Positions 59,882 to 64,000 of a stretch of DNA of 64,000 nt are shown here, piece after piece. The translations under genes and the position numbers were made by a program. The DNA lies in the NCBI GenBank assembly GCA_038227875.1, contig JBBRPR010000046.1, positions 1 to 64,000 of the forward strand. The letters run 5' to 3'. The stretch comes from Planctomycetota bacterium. Lineage in GTDB: Bacteria > Planctomycetota > SZUA-567 > H5-PLA8. Within the stretch, counting starts at the first letter, position 1. The number at the start of each line of letters is the position of its first letter. Under the pieces are notes generated by a model. It had not been told where the DNA came from, did no database searches, and saw nothing but the letters and a program-made list of their open reading frames with translations.

Positions 59882-62410
59882 TTAAAGCAGGTCGCTCCGT
59901 TTGCGGCACAGCCACTCCCCACCCATCATCAGCGTGAACAGAATCAATAGCAACGGGGAATCCCAGAGCGTTTTTTCCTTCCGTTCTTCCAGCGGCCGCT
60001 GCGACTGCTGGATGTCCTTGAGCAGATCGCCAGTCTGGTCGGCGAAGTACATGTGCGCCTTGGACGTGCTGTCACCGCGCACGCTGGATCGCGCGATGTT
60101 GTCCAGCACTTCCTTCTTCATGTCCGGCGAATCCATTTCGACCTGCGGGATCGTGACCACGAAGTCCGCGTGCGCCTGCTGATCGTCGTCTTCGTCTTTC
60201 AGCGTCACGCGGAACTTGCCGTCGACTTTGCATGGCGGCGTCGGCGCGCGGAAATTGCCCTTCTGTCCGGGCACCGGCGTCAGGTCGACTTTGTACTGAT
60301 TGCTTTCGTTGTTCAAATCCGTGACCAGCGCTGTAACGTGATCGGCCGTCGTTTCGTTCAGATCCTTCTTCGTCAACACGCGCGCGTCGATCTTCACCGA
60401 ATCGCCGATCGCGTATTCTTCCTTGTCGGTGCTGATTTCAATGCGCGCCGTGCGGCCCAGCAACTTATCCAGCCCCAGGTACTGAACGACGTGGCCGTGG
60501 AAGCGTTCCAGCGCATCAGGTCCCAGTTCGATCGGATAGCGCATGCGCCAGAGGTCCGCGAACGCCTGGTAGAGCACCTTGCCGCGTCCGTTGCGGGCCA
60601 GCACCATCAGCGGCGTCTCTTCGCCGCGCTTGGTCACGACCGGCGCATGTTCGCCGGCAAAGGTCAGCAGCGGAATGGCGCCCAATTTCGCGCGCGTTGC
60701 CTTGTGGCACCAGTACATCGGCGGCATCAGTTCCCACAGATTGCGGCTCTGTTCTTCGGTGCTGGCGCCCGTGCCTTCGGCCATCGCACTTTCCAGACGC
60801 AAAATCGGATTGGTCTTGCCGTCGGGCGTCAGGATCGCGCGGAAGGAATCGACCAGCGGCGCGCGCTCTTCGTCTTCCACCGTGATTTCCGGATTGCGAT
60901 CGAATTCGACCGGCAGCAGGCCTTCCAGCTTCGATTCCTTGTACTGGTCGGGGAAGTTGTTCTTGCCGGCGATGAACCAGATGCCGCCGCCTTCTTCGAC
61001 CACGAACTTGCGGACGTTTTCCAGATCCTTCTCGGTGAAGAATCCGTCGTTGGGCATGTTGCCGAAAATGATCACGTGGAATTTGAAGAGCTCCTCGCGG
61101 GTCGGGAATTCCTTGAGGAAGATGGGGCTCTGCTTGGCCAGTTCGGCCATGTCCGGCACGCGCAGCAGAATCTTGCAGTTTACGCGCTTGTCGCGCAGCA
61201 GCGAATTCTTGAGGTAGCGGAATTCCCAGCGCGGTTCGGATTCGATCACCAGCACGTTGAACTTCTGGTCGATCACTTCCACTTCGCGCGACTTGCTGTT
61301 GTTCGACGGTTCGCTGTCGTGAAGGTCCGGGTTGGCCAGCTTGATCTCCACCTTATAGGTGAAGCGGCCGGGCTTCTTGGCCTTCACGCGCACGATCTCG
61401 GTCTGTTCGCCACTCTCGCGCAACGTCACCGGCTGGCGCGCCAGCTCTTCGGTGTCGCTGCTGACGATCAGGTTGGCCTGCTCGCCGTTGAAGCCGTGCT
61501 GATGGACGATGACTTCGATGCGCACCGGATCGTCGACGAAGATCTTGCTTTCCATCATCATGTACGTCAGCGCCACGTCCTGCGATTCAGGCACGCCGAT
61601 GCCGATCGGGAAGATGCGCGCCGGCGAATCCTGCGCGACGACAGTCGGCTCTTCGCCCTTGTTGTTGCCGCCGTCGGTGATCAGCACGATGCCGGAAAGC
61701 GGCTGGCCCTTCACACGGTCGATCGTGCGGCGCAGTGCGCCGCCGATTTCCGTGACCATGCCGTCGGGCTTGACGGAGTCGATTGCATTGGCGTCGAGCT
61801 TCTTGCCTTCGGAGCCCACAGCCGCCATTTCGTCCGCGCGCGCGAAGTTCCACATCTCCACGTCGTACTGGCTCTGCAGCTTGTCGATCAGCGCGATGTC
61901 CTTGCTCTTGAACAAGGATGTCGTCACGTCCCAGCGCGTCGACTTCGCCACCGCCGCTTCCGCCGCGGAGCTCAGCGACTTGGCGTCATTGCTGCTCATC
62001 GGCACTTCGCCCAGCACGTGCGCGGGAACGAGCCGGTCTTCAGGGCGTGAATACGTATCGGTGCGCGACATCGATTTCGAATTGTCGACCAGGATCACCA
62101 CTTTGCCTTTGACGTAACTGCGCAGCATGATGTCGAGCACGGGATTGGAAATGATGAACAGCAGAATCCACACGCCCATCAAGCGCAGCCCGGCCATGAT
62201 CTTGCGCCGGCGGTTGGTGCAGTATTCCGGCTCGCGCTTGTAGAACCACCAGATCCCATACGCCGCCGCGCCGCCAGCCATCACAAACAGCAACTTCTGA
62301 AACGGCGTGCTGGCGTTCGCAAAACGGATATGCAAACTGCCAATCTCCGCGTTCTGCGTCGGTCCCATTCCCAATAGTCTAAGCAGCAAATTCAGCATTA
62401 CTTTTTCCAC
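59882..62410 (-). CDS. VWA + glutamine-amidotransferase-like domain membrane protein
   Basis: LVDNSKSM (MIDAS), T.IG.AL, LITDGGNN, EPRWEFRYL, LWDSP...EWLCRKR. Confidence 0.85.
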   Translation of the reverse strand: MEKVMLNLLLRLLGMGPTQNAEIGSLHIRFANASTPFQKLLFVMAGGAAAYGIWWFYKREPEYCTNRRRKIMAGLRLMGVWILLFIISNPVLDIMLRSYVKGKVVILVDNSKSMSRTDTYSRPEDRLVPAHVLGEVPMSSNDAKSLSSAAEAAVAKSTRWDVTTSLFKSKDIALIDKLQSQYDVEMWNFARADEMAAVGSEGKKLDANAIDSVKPDGMVTEIGGALRRTIDRVKGQPLSGIVLITDGGNNKGEEPTVVAQDSPARIFPIGIGVPESQDVALTYMMMESKIFVDDPVRIEVIVHQHGFNGEQANLIVSSDTEELARQPVTLRESGEQTEIVRVKAKKPGRFTYKVEIKLANPDLHDSEPSNNSKSREVEVIDQKFNVLVIESEPRWEFRYLKNSLLRDKRVNCKILLRVPDMAELAKQSPIFLKEFPTREELFKFHVIIFGNMPNDGFFTEKDLENVRKFVVEEGGGIWFIAGKNNFPDQYKESKLEGLLPVEFDRNPEITVEDEERAPLVDSFRAILTPDGKTNPILRLESAMAEGTGASTEEQSRNLWELMPPMYWCHKATRAKLGAIPLLTFAGEHAPVVTKRGEETPLMVLARNGRGKVLYQAFADLWRMRYPIELGPDALERFHGHVVQYLGLDKLLGRTARIEISTDKEEYAIGDSVKIDARVLTKKDLNETTADHVTALVTDLNNESNQYKVDLTPVPGQKGNFRAPTPPCKVDGKFRVTLKDEDDDQQAHADFVVTIPQVEMDSPDMKKEVLDNIARSSVRGDSTSKAHMYFADQTGDLLKDIQQSQRPLEERKEKTLWDSPLLLILFTLMMGGEWLCRKRSDLL

Positions 62411-62462
62411 TAATCCAAGCGAACCACTCTCTACATCCCTGTACTACACTCAGTCCTCAGTC

Positions 62463-64000
62463 CTACATCTTGGGCGACCACCGGTGCGCCAGCACCGACT
62501 CTGCGGCCAGCAGCGCGAAAACCAGGAACATCAGCCACGGCCACAGTTCTGTGCCGTGCCGTTCGCTCTGCATCTTGTTCTGAAAATCTTCGGCCTTCTG
62601 AATGTACGTGAACGCGAAGTCCGGGTAATCCGTGTGCAGCGTCTCCTGCGTCACGAACGAGAGATTCGATTCCTGTTCCGTGTTGGCGTTCAAGGCGTAG
62701 GTCAGCGTGACTTTGGGTACGCGGTCGAGGACCACGTCGTAGAAGCCCGCCTTGTCGGTCTCGTGGAAGTCGAACGCGGCGCGGCCGTCGGGTGTCATTT
62801 CCGGGCGCGTTTCACGGCGCTGGCCAGGCGGCGGCGGAATGATGCGCACGATCGCCGTCTGGTCGGCCATCGGCAGCGTGCCGTGAATCGTCGCGGTCAC
62901 GGGCAGATTCTTCGGCTGCCGGTTGCCCAGCGTCAGCATGTTCGACGTGCGCAGCATGATGATCGCGAACGCCGGCTGCGTCGGCAGATTGGTCCACGCC
63001 GTCGTCGCCGGGAACGCAAAGAGGAAGACGAAGCCCTGGCCGATGCGTTTCTCGATGATCGCCGGCTTGCCGTTGGCCAGAGAGGCCACGACGCGAACGC
63101 TATCGTCCTTGGCAACTTCCAGATCGTAGCCCTTGTACACCTTGATATCGTTGAGGAACTGCGCGCCGAAATCCGGGTTGTTGAATTCCGTCATCACCGG
63201 GTGCGACAGCTTTTCCGTCGAGAACGGCACCGACGGCGGCAACTTCGCGTCGCCCACGGCCGGCGCTTCGCCCCACGTCGCCTTGATCGTCGCCGGCAGC
63301 AGTTTCAATCCCGCGTCGCCGAAGTTCGTGTTGTAATCTTCAACGTCGATCTGATCGCCGAGGAAAATCATCAGGCCCATGCCCGCACGTACCTGCTTTT
63401 CGATGCGCTGCACGCCGGCCTTCGGAATCCGCGCCACATTGGAAAGCACCATCGCCTGGTAGTTGAGCAGATTCTTTTCGTTGAGGCGGTAGTGCGGCAC
63501 CGATTCGGTCGTGATCACGTTCTGCTTGTCCGGATTTTCCGGATCCTTCGGCGAGAGCACATACTTCAGGTAGCCGGTTTCGTTGGAGAGCGGATCTTCC
63601 GCGCGCTGGTCCTTGCCGTCCACGAGCAGAATCTGCGCTTCCTGCACCACTTCAATTGAACAGAAGCGGCGGTTGTCGGCCATCAGGCGGTCATCGGCCA
63701 GGCGCACTTCGATCTTGTGATCTCCGCCGGTCGAGAATTTCGTTTCGAAATGAACGCTGCTGACTTCGCCCGCCGGCAGGTTCACGGTTTGGCGGTCGAA
63801 AGGCTTGTCGTCTTTGCCCGTCGGATCGACGTAAAAATCCACCGGCAGCGCCGAGAGTTCCGTCTGTCCGAAGTTCTTGATCTTGGCCACGAAGCGCGAG
63901 GGCATGTCGGTCGCCACCAGCGTGTCTTCGGGCGTCAGTTCGATCACCGCCGCGTTCTCGCCGCCGCCGTCGCCGGCGTTGATCAGGTAAACGGCCGCAT
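62463..64000 (-). CDS. BatA/VWA/CARDB-type protein, 3' part (runs off the right edge)
   Basis: DDRLMADNRRF, ILLVDG, WTNLPTQPAF, ESNL, ELWPWLM...AES; frame open to the edge. Confidence 0.8.
   Translation of the reverse strand, partial: AAVYLINAGDGGGENAAVIELTPEDTLVATDMPSRFVAKIKNFGQTELSALPVDFYVDPTGKDDKPFDRQTVNLPAGEVSSVHFETKFSTGGDHKIEVRLADDRLMADNRRFCSIEVVQEAQILLVDGKDQRAEDPLSNETGYLKYVLSPKDPENPDKQNVITTESVPHYRLNEKNLLNYQAMVLSNVARIPKAGVQRIEKQVRAGMGLMIFLGDQIDVEDYNTNFGDAGLKLLPATIKATWGEAPAVGDAKLPPSVPFSTEKLSHPVMTEFNNPDFGAQFLNDIKVYKGYDLEVAKDDSVRVVASLANGKPAIIEKRIGQGFVFLFAFPATTAWTNLPTQPAFAIIMLRTSNMLTLGNRQPKNLPVTATIHGTLPMADQTAIVRIIPPPPGQRRETRPEMTPDGRAAFDFHETDKAGFYDVVLDRVPKVTLTYALNANTEQESNLSFVTQETLHTDYPDFAFTYIQKAEDFQNKMQSERHGTELWPWLMFLVFALLAAESVLAHRWSPKM

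Noticed and set aside
60053..62050. 665-aa plus-strand ORF (also 45380-47122, 34826-36403, 31933-33303, 37448-38917)
   Set aside because: All are antisense to well-supported genes

Overview
GC-rich bacterial chromosomal window, most likely Planctomycetota (inferred from a DUF1549/DUF1553 protein, a BatA/VWA-type operon, an RRWFQLHLST-type membrane protein and eukaryotic-like Ser/Thr kinases). It holds housekeeping genes (hemB, manC-like, groES-groEL), signalling genes (HD-GYP, two hybrid histidine kinases, two kinase-fold proteins), an ABC transporter, a ParDE toxin-antitoxin pair, a type IV pilin-like gene and several secreted enzymes. The main find is a ~5.6-kb integrative element (integrase, RHH, AlpA-like, Prim-Pol, HTH) inserted at the 3' end of a tRNA-Arg(TCG) and flanked by a perfect 28-bp direct repeat (24360-24387 and 29962-29989). 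The att core lies inside the integrase reading frame. Integrated, the integrase is 413 aa. On excision it would fuse in frame to an ORF at the other end of the element, giving 535 aa. The element also carries candidate arm-type sites, iteron-like repeats inside the primase gene and a structured RNA leader. The second candidate system is a five-gene operon (48246-51016) encoding three 'A-D-x-x-P' precursor-like proteins, two of which have an internal second signal peptide, plus two integral membrane proteins, one with a His-rich metal-site pattern. Several genes carry single lesions, either pseudogenes or assembly errors. No CRISPR array or rRNA was seen. All product calls come from motif recognition by eye, not from database searches.
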